In this document: one piece after another, positions 42,308 through 51,233 of the stretch
How the letters are laid out: the number at the start of each line of letters is the position of its first letter
Position numbering within the stretch: position 1 is the stretch's first letter
Source of the DNA: an uncultured Actinomycetota bacterium
GTDB taxonomy: Bacteria > Actinomycetota > Humimicrobiia > Humimicrobiales > Humimicrobiaceae
Direction: 5' to 3'
Assembly (NCBI GenBank): GCA_964561115.1
Contig: CAZLOE010000003.1
Span: 2,691-66,690, forward strand
Length of the DNA: 64,000 nucleotides
Notes under the pieces: generated by a model
The model's input: the letters and a program-made list of their open reading frames with translations, nothing else
What the model was told of the DNA's origin: nothing
The model's database searches: none
Program-made: the position numbers and the translations under genes

Positions 42308-43568
42308 CTTTCAAAAAAACTTTAGTTTTTGATCCGGTTATCACTTTGGGTTCAATCCTGTTCTCCACAACCTCTCTGGTAATAATACACTTGCTTATAT
42401 CTTTACGGGCAGGTATTTCAAACATGACATTCAACATAATCTCTTCCATAATGGCTCTCAGCCCCCTCGCTCCTGTTCCTCTCTTTAAAGCCTGTCTGGC
42501 AATCTCCTTTAAAGCGTCTTTGGTGAACTCAAGATCAACTTTATCCATTTTAAACATTTTGCCATATTGCTTGACCAGAGAGTTTTTTGGTTTTACCAAA
42601 ATATTTATCAAATCATTTTCAGAAAGATTTGACAGCGTACTGACTACGGGAAGCCTTCCAATAAGTTCCGGTATCAAGCCGTATTTTAAAAGATCTTCCG
42701 GCATCGTCTGGGGAAGAAGCATATCGATCTTTTCAACTTTGCTGGAGACCTGCCCTGAAATAAAACCCACACTGCTCTTATTTATTCTTCTTTCTATTAT
42801 CTTTTCCAGCCCGCTGAACGAGCCCCCGCAGATGAACAAAATATGGTTAGTATTGATCTGTATAAAATCCTGGTGTGGATGTTTCCTGCCGCCCTGAGGC
42901 GGGACATTGGCCTCAGTTCCTTCCAGAATCTTAAGTAAAGCCTGCTGCACGCCCTCGCCGGACACATCTCGGGTAATGGAAGGGTTTTCAGATTTCCTGC
43001 TTATCTTGTCTATCTCATCCAGATAAATAATACCAGTCTCGGCTCTTTTGATATCAAAATCTGCAGCCTGTATCAATCTCAATAATATATTCTCCACATC
43101 TTCACCTACGTAACCCGCCTCAGTCAGTGATGTTGCATCAGCAATACAGAAGGGGACATTTAATATCCTGGCCAGAGTCTGGGCCAGAAGGGTCTTTCCG
43201 CAGCCCGTAGGGCCGACAAGTAAAATGTTGCTTTTTTCAATCTCTGTATCATCATTGTCCAGCTTATCCTCATATTTTACTCTTTTATAATGATTGTATA
43301 CGGCTACAGACAGTATTTTTTTTGCTCTTTCCTGACCTATCACATATTGGTTCAGGATGGAATATATTTCTTTTGGCTTGGGAAGGTCTTTAAAATCAAC
43401 CTCCCTTTCCTCTTTTAGCTCCTCATCTATTATCTCGTTGCACAGGTCCACACACTCATTGCATATATATACTCCCGGTCCGGCAATAAGTTTTTTTACC
43501 TGATTTTGAGATTTGCTGCAGAAAGAACATTTTAAAAAATCATCTCTTTTTCCATTATTGGTTGACAA
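42288..43568 (-). CDS. clpX: ATP-dependent Clp protease ATP-binding subunit ClpX
   Basis: 426 aa with an N-terminal C4 zinc-binding domain and an AAA+ module (GPTGCGKT). Confidence 0.95.
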   Translation of the reverse strand: MSTNNGKRDDFLKCSFCSKSQNQVKKLIAGPGVYICNECVDLCNEIIDEELKEEREVDFKDLPKPKEIYSILNQYVIGQERAKKILSVAVYNHYKRVKYEDKLDNDDTEIEKSNILLVGPTGCGKTLLAQTLARILNVPFCIADATSLTEAGYVGEDVENILLRLIQAADFDIKRAETGIIYLDEIDKISRKSENPSITRDVSGEGVQQALLKILEGTEANVPPQGGRKHPHQDFIQINTNHILFICGGSFSGLEKIIERRINKSSVGFISGQVSSKVEKIDMLLPQTMPEDLLKYGLIPELIGRLPVVSTLSNLSENDLINILVKPKNSLVKQYGKMFKMDKVDLEFTKDALKEIARQALKRGTGARGLRAIMEEIMLNVMFEIPARKDISKCIITREVVENRIEPKVITGSKTKVFLKDEEKSA

Positions 43569-43592
43569 GTGTACACTCTCCTTTAATAAATC

Positions 43593-44195
43593 TTACTTTT
43601 TATAAATAACTTCATCTACTATCCCATATTCTTTGGCTTCTTTTGCATTTAATATAAAATCTCTTTCAGTATCCTTTTCTACTTTTTTTACTTCCTGTCC
43701 GGTGTGCTTGGAAATTATTTCGTTTAGGAGAGCACGTATCCTTACCATCTCCCTTGCATGGATCTCAACATCAATTGTGGTCCCTGAAACACCCCCTGAC
43801 GGCTGGTGAAGCATAACTCTTGAATTGGGAAGTGAAAATCTTTTACCTTTTTCTCCTGCCAGTAGCAAAACCGCTGCTGCGCTTGCCGCCTGACCGATAC
43901 ATATAGTGGATACCGGTGATTTTATAAACTGCATGGTATCATATACTGCCAGAGCCGAAGTCACAACTCCACCGGGACAGTTTATATAAAGCTGTATGTC
44001 TTTATCCGGCTCTTCAGCTTCAAGATGAAGCATCTGTGCCATAACCAGATTGGCAATATTGTCATCTATGGCCAATCCTAAGAAAATTATTCTTTCTTTC
44101 AGCAGGCGAGAATAAATATCGAATGACCGCTCACCTCTATTGGTCTGCTCTATTACCATAGGTACTAAATAATCGTTATACATTTTAATCATCAC
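43593..44195 (-). CDS. clpP: ATP-dependent Clp protease proteolytic subunit
   Basis: 200 aa with the Ser-His-Asp ClpP fold (GQAASAAA). Confidence 0.95.
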   Translation of the reverse strand: MMIKMYNDYLVPMVIEQTNRGERSFDIYSRLLKERIIFLGLAIDDNIANLVMAQMLHLEAEEPDKDIQLYINCPGGVVTSALAVYDTMQFIKSPVSTICIGQAASAAAVLLLAGEKGKRFSLPNSRVMLHQPSGGVSGTTIDVEIHAREMVRIRALLNEIISKHTGQEVKKVEKDTERDFILNAKEAKEYGIVDEVIYKK

Positions 44196-44205
44196 TCTTT
44201 CTTGT

Positions 44206-45627
44206 TTATTTTGAATCAGGAGTCCAAATTTTTTCAGTTTTTCCTCCTGCCTTTGTCTTTCCTTTATCAGGTGTCCATATCCCGCTCTTGCTTCCGCTGT
44301 CTGTATTTTTTTCCTCTACAACTTTTGAGCTTTCTACTAATAGATCGATTACTTTTTTTCTTCTGACAGTTTGCTTGACGGTTTCTTTACCCTCAGGTTT
44401 TTGCAGAAATTCCTCTATTTTCTTGACGTAATCTTCCTCTTTATATCTGTTTATAATATCATCTTTTTCCTTTTTAATCTCATCTTCTGAAGGCTCTATA
44501 TTTTTCTTTTCTGCTTTTTCCAGTGCCTTAAAGATCAGGTATTCCTTTACTTCCCTTATCGCCCTTTCCTTGATCTCCTGGTTCAATTTGTCTTCTGAAA
44601 GATTTATTGCCCTGATATAATCAGCTCTTTTTATTTTTTGCTTTTCCAAGCTCTCGTCAATACTTTTATTAATCTGTTCTATCCTGCTTTTTACCATCGC
44701 TACGGGAACATCGTTTTTCATCTTATCCATAATATGGCTCAAAATGTCTCCTACAATCTTTCCTTTTCTAATATTCTTCTTCTGCTTTACCATTCTCTCC
44801 TTAATACTGTCCTTAAAACTTTCTGCATCCTTATAATCACCAAAGTTCTTTAAAAATCCCTCATCTACCTCAGGTAATGCCTTCCTCTTTATTTCCTTTA
44901 TAAAAACACCGAAACTTACCTTCTTGCCAGCAAGCTGTTTATTCTTAATATCACCCGGCAGGGTAAACATTATTTTTTTCTTTTCGCCCTTTTTTAAACC
45001 AACCAGTGAATTCTCAAACTCAGGAAACAGGGTATTGGAACCAACTTCCAGAAGATAGTCTTCAGCACTGCCGTCTTCAAATTTCTTGCCTTCGATTTCT
45101 CCATCAAAATCAAGAGTTACATAATCACCTTTAGCTACGGGCTTGTCATCTTCAACCGGTTCCAATGTAGCAAAGTTGTTTCTTATACTGTTTATCTGAT
45201 TTTCCAACTCCTGGTCAGATACATCGGTCGAAAGCCCTGTGACTTCTATACCCTTATAGTCAGGTAATTTTATTTCCGGTTCCAGCTCTACTTCCACTTC
45301 AAAAACCAGAGGCAGATCTTCCTGAAGCTGGGTTATTTTTACCTTAGGATAATCTATGGTCTTCAGGTCAGATTCCGCAATTATATCAGGATACAATTCA
45401 GATATCAGCAGACTTGAAGCTTCACTCAGCACATAATTCTTACCAAAATTTACATCTATCACCTGATAGGGTATCTTTCCCTTTCTAAAGCCGGGGATAT
45501 TAGCTTTATTGGATATTTTTTTATATGCTTTGCCAATATTTTTCTTTAAAGAACTATTGGGAACCTCTATGATCAATTTGACCTTGTTTAAATCAATCTT
45601 TTCCTGGCTCTTTATTTTGAAAATCAA
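44206..45627 (-). CDS. tig: trigger factor
   Basis: 473 aa with a PPIase domain, upstream of clpP-clpX. Confidence 0.9.
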   Translation of the reverse strand: MIFKIKSQEKIDLNKVKLIIEVPNSSLKKNIGKAYKKISNKANIPGFRKGKIPYQVIDVNFGKNYVLSEASSLLISELYPDIIAESDLKTIDYPKVKITQLQEDLPLVFEVEVELEPEIKLPDYKGIEVTGLSTDVSDQELENQINSIRNNFATLEPVEDDKPVAKGDYVTLDFDGEIEGKKFEDGSAEDYLLEVGSNTLFPEFENSLVGLKKGEKKKIMFTLPGDIKNKQLAGKKVSFGVFIKEIKRKALPEVDEGFLKNFGDYKDAESFKDSIKERMVKQKKNIRKGKIVGDILSHIMDKMKNDVPVAMVKSRIEQINKSIDESLEKQKIKRADYIRAINLSEDKLNQEIKERAIREVKEYLIFKALEKAEKKNIEPSEDEIKKEKDDIINRYKEEDYVKKIEEFLQKPEGKETVKQTVRRKKVIDLLVESSKVVEEKNTDSGSKSGIWTPDKGKTKAGGKTEKIWTPDSK

Positions 45628-45744
45628 ATAAAATCCTCCTCAAATATCTAAAGCAGCAAAGTCATATTTCAATATTAAGACTCATATTATAATAGAAAAC
45701 AAATAAAATACAAACCACCGTTCTATAGTCTTTTGGAAGCTGAA

Positions 45745-45867
45745 TGGTGCGAGAGAGGGGACTTGGTCTTTCGTCTCGCTTCGCTCGCTGCAGAGCCGCG
45801 GACTCCCTCGTCTGCGACTCAGTCCGTCCATTCAAGTCCCGTAAAACATGCACTTATGGCATGTTTT
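45745..45867 (-). ncRNA. tRNA-3'-end-linked structured element, copy A
   Basis: 45745-45765 is an exact copy of tRNA-Leu positions 45910-45930. A conserved scaffold (TCTTTCGTCTC...TCGCTGCAGAG...TCCCTC...TCAGTCCG) follows. The copy ends with a 9-bp hairpin (45843-45867). Strand is undetermined. Confidence 0.6.
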
Positions 45868-45909
45868 CCACATTAACTTATAAATCCACTTTAAAAATTA
45901 TATCTTTTC

Positions 45910-45996
45910 TGGTGCGAGAGAGGGGACTTGAACCCCTACAGGTGTTACCCCACTAGATCCTAAGTCTAGCGCGTCTGCCAATTCCGCCACTCTCGC
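45910..45996 (-). tRNA. tRNA-Leu (anticodon TAG), encoded CCA
   Basis: 87 nt cloverleaf with acceptor GCGAGAG/CTCTCGC, anticodon loop CTTAGGA, a long variable arm and a 3' CCA. Confidence 0.9.
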
Positions 45997-46001
45997 ATAA
46001 G

Positions 46002-46077
46002 TGGTGAGCCGTACAGGGATCGAACCTGTGACACCCTGATTAAGAGTCAGGTGCTCTACCAGCTGAGCTAACGGCCC
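46002..46077 (-). tRNA. tRNA-Lys (anticodon CTT), encoded CCA
   Basis: 76 nt with anticodon stem CCTGA/TCAGG, loop CTCTTAA and T-loop TTCGATC. Confidence 0.85.
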
Positions 46078-46092
46078 ACCTATATATAAATC

Positions 46093-46211
46093 TGGCACGC
46101 CTGGAGGGATTCGTTCTTTCGTCTCGCTTTGCTCGCTGCAGAGACGCGAGCTCCCTCATCTTCGATTCAGTCCGCTCTTTCGAATCCTGAAAACATGCCA
46201 CCGGCATGTTT
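46093..46211 (-). ncRNA. tRNA-3'-end-linked structured element, copy B
   Basis: 46093-46113 is an exact copy of tRNA-Arg(TCG) positions 46257-46277. The same conserved scaffold follows, ending in a hairpin at 46191-46211. Confidence 0.6.
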
Positions 46212-46256
46212 CCCCTGCCTACCTTGAACGTACCTATCGTTTTATATATATAAATA

Positions 46257-46333
46257 TGGCACGCCTGGAGGGATTCGAACCCCCGACGCACGGATTCGAA
46301 GTCCGACGCTCTATCCACCTGAGCTACAGGCGC
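46257..46333 (-). tRNA. tRNA-Arg (anticodon TCG), encoded CCA
   Basis: 77 nt with anticodon loop CTTCGAA and T-loop TTCGAAT. Confidence 0.8.
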
Positions 46334-46345
46334 AGGGTTTAAATA

Positions 46346-46422
46346 TGGGGTGAGAAACGGGGATCGAACCCGCGACCCCAGGATCCACAATCCTGTGCTC
46401 TACCAGCTGAGCTATTCTCACC
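46346..46422 (-). tRNA. tRNA-His (anticodon GTG), genome-encoded G-1 and CCA
   Basis: Anticodon loop TTGTGGA. An extra 5' G pairs with C73 to give the 8-bp acceptor stem typical of tRNA-His. Confidence 0.85.
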
Positions 46423-46489
46423 ATTTAATACTTTAAAAAACAAATTCTTACAGTTACATTACCCGATATTATTCCAAAACTTACAAATA

Positions 46490-46566
<77 letters not shown>

Positions 46567-46813
46567 AAAAACCCTAATATAATAATTATTATAGCAAATA
46601 AAATTTTATTATTAAAAAATGCCGGCAGTCCCTAAACCTCTCAAAACCAGATTAATACTTTAGTTAATATCATACCATAAGTCAAGGACGGTTTTAGCCG
46701 TAAAAAAATCTAAAACGGTTTCAAAATGCTATATCTGGCTTCTTTTATCTCATGCTTTAAACATGATAAAATAAATCAGTTAGACAGTATTAAAAACTAC
46801 GACAGGAGAACAA

Positions 46814-47101
46814 ATGGACTTTCTTATTGCCGCTTCTTCAACTATGATGACATCGCTACTGGTACTCTTTACTACAGTAGTTTTTTGTTTCATAATGCTT
46901 GGTTTTTTAATCAGTCTGGGATTGTTTGTACTGTGGATCATTACTCTTATAGATTGCGTAAGGAGAGATAATAAGGATTTTGTCTTCGGGGGCAAGGACG
47001 CTAAAGTACTCTGGATCCTTCTTCTGATCTTTTTCCGCCAAATCGCACCTATCATCTACTATTTACTTATAATGTATAAAAAAGGGGGGAAACCTAAATA
47101 G
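46814..47101 (+). CDS. small membrane protein, PLD-nuclease N-terminal (PLDc_N) domain family
   Basis: 95 aa with two TM helices flanking the motif WIITLIDCVRRDNKDF..GKDAKVLWILL. It is on the opposite strand inside the tRNA cluster. Confidence 0.55.
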   Translation: MDFLIAASSTMMTSLLVLFTTVVFCFIMLGFLISLGLFVLWIITLIDCVRRDNKDFVFGGKDAKVLWILLLIFFRQIAPIIYYLLIMYKKGGKPK

Positions 47102-47105
47102 AAAA

Positions 47106-47182
47106 TGGAGCGGGAAACGGGATTCGAACCCGCGACCCTCAGCTTGGAAGGCTGACGCTCTAGCCAACTGAGCTATTCCCGC
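47106..47182 (-). tRNA. tRNA-Gly (anticodon TCC), encoded CCA
   Basis: Acceptor GCGGGAA and anticodon loop CTTCCAA. Confidence 0.9.
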
Positions 47183-47187
47183 TCAAA

Positions 47188-47266
47188 TGGTCGGGGTGAG
47201 AGGATTTGAACCTCCGACCCCCTGCTCCCAAAGCAGGTGCGCTAAACCAAACTGCGCTACACCCCG
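47188..47266 (-). tRNA. tRNA-Pro (anticodon TGG), encoded CCA
   Basis: Acceptor CGGGGTG/CACCCCG, anticodon loop TTTGGGA with G37. Confidence 0.85.
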
Positions 47267-47309
47267 GCTGTACCGACCGATCCTTTAGCACAAAAATAAT
47301 ATCATAATT

Positions 47310-47906
47310 CTAAAAATTTACAATAAACTCACATACTGCCTTGATCGCCTTGCCCCTGTGGCTGATTCTGTTTTTTTCCTCCCGATCCAGTTGAGCCATC
47401 GTCCTTTTATATCCGGAAGGAATAAAGATACAGTCATAACCAAATCCGCCGGTTCCCTTTTCTTTAAAACCTATATGGCCGCTGCAAACACCTCTGGCTT
47501 CAAAAACAGGGCCTTTTCCAGGATCCCACAATACCATACTACATACAAACCTGGCTTTTCTATCGGAAATCTTTTTTGCATTTTTCAGTTCAGCCATCAG
47601 CTTATCCCTGTTCTCTTTATCCGAAGCATACACACCCGCATATCTTGATGATCTTACTCCCGGCCTGCCTCCTAAAAAATCAACCTCAAGTCCCGAGTCA
47701 TCAGCAAGGGTAATAATACCTGTACATTCAGAAATGGCTTTTGCTTTTAGTTTTGCGTTTTCTAAAAAGCTGTTTCCCTTCTCCTCTATATCCGGAAAAG
47801 CTTTAAAGTCTTTAAAAGTCAGCCATTCTACCTTTGGCAGGCGGCAGGCATATGATTTTATCTCTTTTATTTTCCCGGTATTTTTTGAAGCAATGACTAT
47901 CTGCAA
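47310..47906 (-). CDS. rdgB: non-canonical purine NTP pyrophosphatase (RdgB/HAM1)
   Basis: 198 aa with the SKN.GK N-terminal motif. Confidence 0.9.
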   Translation of the reverse strand: MQIVIASKNTGKIKEIKSYACRLPKVEWLTFKDFKAFPDIEEKGNSFLENAKLKAKAISECTGIITLADDSGLEVDFLGGRPGVRSSRYAGVYASDKENRDKLMAELKNAKKISDRKARFVCSMVLWDPGKGPVFEARGVCSGHIGFKEKGTGGFGYDCIFIPSGYKRTMAQLDREEKNRISHRGKAIKAVCEFIVNF

Positions 47907-47946
47907 AAGACCTGAACCTTTACTTTTAAATAATAAAAAGTGATGA

Positions 47947-48675
47947 TTATATGCTTTTATTTAATGTTTTCTTTTGGATATCTATAATTTCTGCGATTGC
48001 GGCAGCTGCCTTCTCCATCATCCTGTCAAAATCTTCCCTTCTGAAAGGAGTTATTTCCGCAGTAGACTGGACTTCAATCAGCTCATTTTTTGAGTTCATT
48101 ACCACATTCATATCCACCTGTGCTTTTGAATCTTCTTCAAAACAGAGGTCTACCAGTATATTCCCGTCGACTATACCAATACTTACAGCAGCCAAAAAAC
48201 TCTCTATAGGCATCTCACTGATTATTTTTTTATCGACCAGCGAGTGCATGCAATCAAAAAGAGCAATGAAGCTTCCGGTTATAGATGCAGTCCTGGTCCC
48301 GCCGTCAGCTTCAATAACATCGCAATCTATCCATATTGTCCTTTCGCCGATCTTGGCAAGATCGGCAATACTCCTAAGCGATCTGCCGATAAGTCTCTGT
48401 ATCTCATGAGTCCTGCCGTTGATCCTGCCCACAGTCTGGGGCCTTATAATTCTCTGGGGAGCAGAACCAGGTATCATGTCATACTCTGCAGTGATCCAGC
48501 CCGATCCTTTTCCGGCTAAAAATTTAGGAATTTTATCCTCAACAGTAGCTGTGCATACAATCCTTGTATTCCCCATCTCAATAAACACAGAACCTTCGGT
48601 ATGCGAAATATAATTTCTGGTTATTTTTATCTCTCTTATTTCATCATCTTTCCTGCCGTCAATTCTTTTACCCAT
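47947..48675 (-). CDS. rph: ribonuclease PH
   Basis: 242 aa with GRxDGR and the RNase PH fold (TAEYDMIPGS...GRTHEIQRLIGR). Confidence 0.95.
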   Translation of the reverse strand: MGKRIDGRKDDEIREIKITRNYISHTEGSVFIEMGNTRIVCTATVEDKIPKFLAGKGSGWITAEYDMIPGSAPQRIIRPQTVGRINGRTHEIQRLIGRSLRSIADLAKIGERTIWIDCDVIEADGGTRTASITGSFIALFDCMHSLVDKKIISEMPIESFLAAVSIGIVDGNILVDLCFEEDSKAQVDMNVVMNSKNELIEVQSTAEITPFRREDFDRMMEKAAAAIAEIIDIQKKTLNKSI

Positions 48676-48711
48676 TAGTTTCTACCTTTCCCTTTAATGT
48701 AAAAATATAAC

Positions 48712-49518
48712 TTATATATCAAGCCTGGTTCTTATGACTTCCTTTATCTCTGAACCCAAAAACATCTTCCCTACTTTAAAGAAATTACTTACTATACCGG
48801 TTTCATAAAAAATTCTATCTGGCTTATTGCCTCTCCCGGCAGAAATTCCTTTTTCGGAAAGCACTTTCTTTACATCCTTGGCAGTCTCCACTGCAGAGCT
48901 TATTACCCTGATGCCGTCACCGCTGCAGGCTAAAATCTGCTTCTCGATCAGTGGAAAATGGGTACAGCCCATTATCAATACATCAATATCGGCTTCAAAT
49001 AACGACTTTAAATAGCCGCATATGGCTTTATTAAGATCCCTTCCCTCGAGAATTCCTTTTTCTACAAAATCTACCAGTAATGGAGCAGGTACCGAAAATG
49101 TCTTTATATCAGGGTCTATCCCTGCAATCTCTTTATCGTAGGCCTTGCTTTCAATCGTGCCTTTGGTAGCAATAACACCCACTCTTTTGTTTTTGGTATT
49201 ATAAACAGCCGTCCTGGCACCCGGCTCTATCACACCTATGACAGGTATGTCATTATATTTTTTCTTTATGTCTTTTAGAGCTGCGGCAGCGGCGGTATTA
49301 CAGGCAATAACGATAAGTTTTATATCTTTATCATAAAGGAACCTGGTTATTTTAAAAGCAAGTCTCTTGACCTCACCCAGATCACGGGGGCCGTAGGGGA
49401 ACCGCTCGGTATCCCCAAAATATATGGTACTCTCATCAGGAACAGCTTTGATTGTTTCCCGCAGTACAGTCAGTCCGCCTACACCAGAATCAAACACTCC
49501 AATGGCTCTGTTGTCCAA
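48712..49518 (-). CDS. murI: glutamate racemase
   Basis: 268 aa with VFDSGVGGLTV and CNTA. Confidence 0.9.
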   Translation of the reverse strand: MDNRAIGVFDSGVGGLTVLRETIKAVPDESTIYFGDTERFPYGPRDLGEVKRLAFKITRFLYDKDIKLIVIACNTAAAAALKDIKKKYNDIPVIGVIEPGARTAVYNTKNKRVGVIATKGTIESKAYDKEIAGIDPDIKTFSVPAPLLVDFVEKGILEGRDLNKAICGYLKSLFEADIDVLIMGCTHFPLIEKQILACSGDGIRVISSAVETAKDVKKVLSEKGISAGRGNKPDRIFYETGIVSNFFKVGKMFLGSEIKEVIRTRLDI

Positions 49519-49657
49519 GTCTTTTCTTTCTATTCATTTATTAATATTTTATAGAACTTCTTAAAATTAAAAAACTCTCTATTTAATGAACCAGGGTTTT
49601 TAATTCACTAATTATATAATTTTAATAAAAAATAAAAAATGTTTTATGACCAAGCGT

Positions 49658-51136
49658 TTAAATTGTGGAGATAAATTTCTTTTTCTCTTTTAGGCATAAA
49701 TGCTTAATAGTTCTCCTTGCATGTGCCATACACATGGGTACACCACCACCGGGACAAACCCATTGACCAGTCATATAAAAGTTTCTTAGTTTAGGCAACT
49801 CCCTGGGCAGGAACTTTCCAAACAATTTAACTGTGGGGAGCCAACCCTGATAGGAACCCTGCCAGTTGCCTGTATATCTCTCCCAGGTAACCGGAGTAGC
49901 TATATCCGTTACTTCGATCTGCCTCCTTATACCGGGCAGTTTCTTTTCCAGTTTTCGAAGGCATATACTTAAGACCTTAGCTTTTTCCGCATTGTATTTT
50001 CTTTTATTTTTATGAATCGATTTCCAGTAATCATAATCGGATTCTATCTGGATTTTTATAACACTTTTTCCCTTAGGAGCAAAAGCGGGATCGTGACAGA
50101 AATGAAAATAACCCATCCATTCCCATTTTCTGCCGGCAATCAGAACCGGGTCATCAAGCTTAAAATTATTGATCTCCACTTTACCTGATAAATCCCGGTC
50201 GACCCCCAGACTTATGGATATGATGGGCGGCCATAAGCTGGGTTTTTGATACATTTTCTTAATCTGTGGCGTCAGGTACTTTCCCTGCAGCATTCTGTAT
50301 AATGTCAATCTGCCGTCACAGGCTGAAACAACTATATCTGCATAGATCTTTTTACCCTTTTCTGTCTCTATTCCCACTATCGTATTATTTCTTATGAGTA
50401 TCCTTTTAACTCTTTGATTATAATTGATCCTTCCTCCCAGAGATTTATAACGTTTTTCAACTGCACGGGCAAAATGAAGTGAACCGCCCCAGGGGTAGCC
50501 ACCCTCATGATTATGAAAATATGCCAGTGGCATAACCACCATCAATGCCGGCATGTTTTTAACCGGAAACATCTGAAAAAGCATTTCCCTTAAATCTTTA
50601 TTTTTAAACATTCCGAGAAAATCTTCTATCCTGGTATTTTTAAGTTTTATAAACGACGGCATGAACGGCAGCATTTTCAGAATATCACGCAGGCCAAAAT
50701 TACCAAAATCCGCATCCATCGGCGGCTTGAACCCTGTATAAAAACGAACTATACAGATCAATTTTCTAATTGATCTTTCTTCATCAGGAAATAATCTTAG
50801 AAGTTCACTTTCAAATTTATCCAGGTCGGTATAGACAGTAAGGCTTTTACCGCCAATATCAATTTTTCGAAACCGTTCCGTATAATAAAATTTTATGTTA
50901 TCTGCAATACCCAGCTCTTTAAAAAGGCCGTAAATGGAGCTGCTCTTATTCGATCCCAGTACCCAGTGCAGGCAGTGGTCAAAAAGGTACTCTCCGCGTC
51001 TCCACGAGGTACAGACACCGCCGGGAATATTATTCATCTCGTAAATTTCTGAATTATAACCATTCATCTGCGCATAACATCCCGCTGAAAGACCTGATAT
51101 TCCAGCTCCGATAATACACATTTTTTTCATAGTCAA
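49658..51136 (-). CDS. FAD-dependent oxidoreductase, phytoene desaturase (CrtI/CrtN-like) family
   Basis: 492 aa. N-terminal dinucleotide-binding motif IIGAGISGLSAG. The overall length and C-terminal motifs fit amine-oxidase/CrtI-like enzymes. Confidence 0.65.
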   Translation of the reverse strand: MTMKKMCIIGAGISGLSAGCYAQMNGYNSEIYEMNNIPGGVCTSWRRGEYLFDHCLHWVLGSNKSSSIYGLFKELGIADNIKFYYTERFRKIDIGGKSLTVYTDLDKFESELLRLFPDEERSIRKLICIVRFYTGFKPPMDADFGNFGLRDILKMLPFMPSFIKLKNTRIEDFLGMFKNKDLREMLFQMFPVKNMPALMVVMPLAYFHNHEGGYPWGGSLHFARAVEKRYKSLGGRINYNQRVKRILIRNNTIVGIETEKGKKIYADIVVSACDGRLTLYRMLQGKYLTPQIKKMYQKPSLWPPIISISLGVDRDLSGKVEINNFKLDDPVLIAGRKWEWMGYFHFCHDPAFAPKGKSVIKIQIESDYDYWKSIHKNKRKYNAEKAKVLSICLRKLEKKLPGIRRQIEVTDIATPVTWERYTGNWQGSYQGWLPTVKLFGKFLPRELPKLRNFYMTGQWVCPGGGVPMCMAHARRTIKHLCLKEKKKFISTI

Positions 51137-51233
51137 ATTTCCTTTATCATAATCTAAATATTAATATGCAATCTCCGGCCACTTGTATATAGATCTTAAC
51201 CAAGCCAATAAAATATATCACAAATTCATCCTT

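Noticed and set aside
45843-45867. The element's terminal hairpin as the rho-independent terminator of the upstream tRNA
   Set aside because: On the tRNA strand the U-run is inside the stem and is followed by ACGGG/CAGGA. It only looks terminator-like on the opposite strand, so the assignment is left open.
46093-46211. Hammerhead or other self-cleaving ribozyme in the conserved element
   Set aside because: The CUGAUGA...GAAA hammerhead core and its three-stem arrangement are not present. Partial resemblances such as GACUGA and CGAAAG do not align with any ribozyme consensus I can reconstruct.
45662-46390. ORFs 45662-45853(-), 45744-45956(+), 45898-46098(-) and 46040-46390(-), giving peptides such as ...LQRAKRDER...
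   Set aside because: They are translations of tRNA genes and of the conserved structured element. The similar peptides simply reflect the repeated nucleotide sequence.
46780-47055. Minus-strand ORF overlapping the PLDc_N membrane protein gene
   Set aside because: Its composition is Ser/Ile/Lys-rich with no motif. The plus-strand product has a recognisable two-helix PLDc_N pattern.
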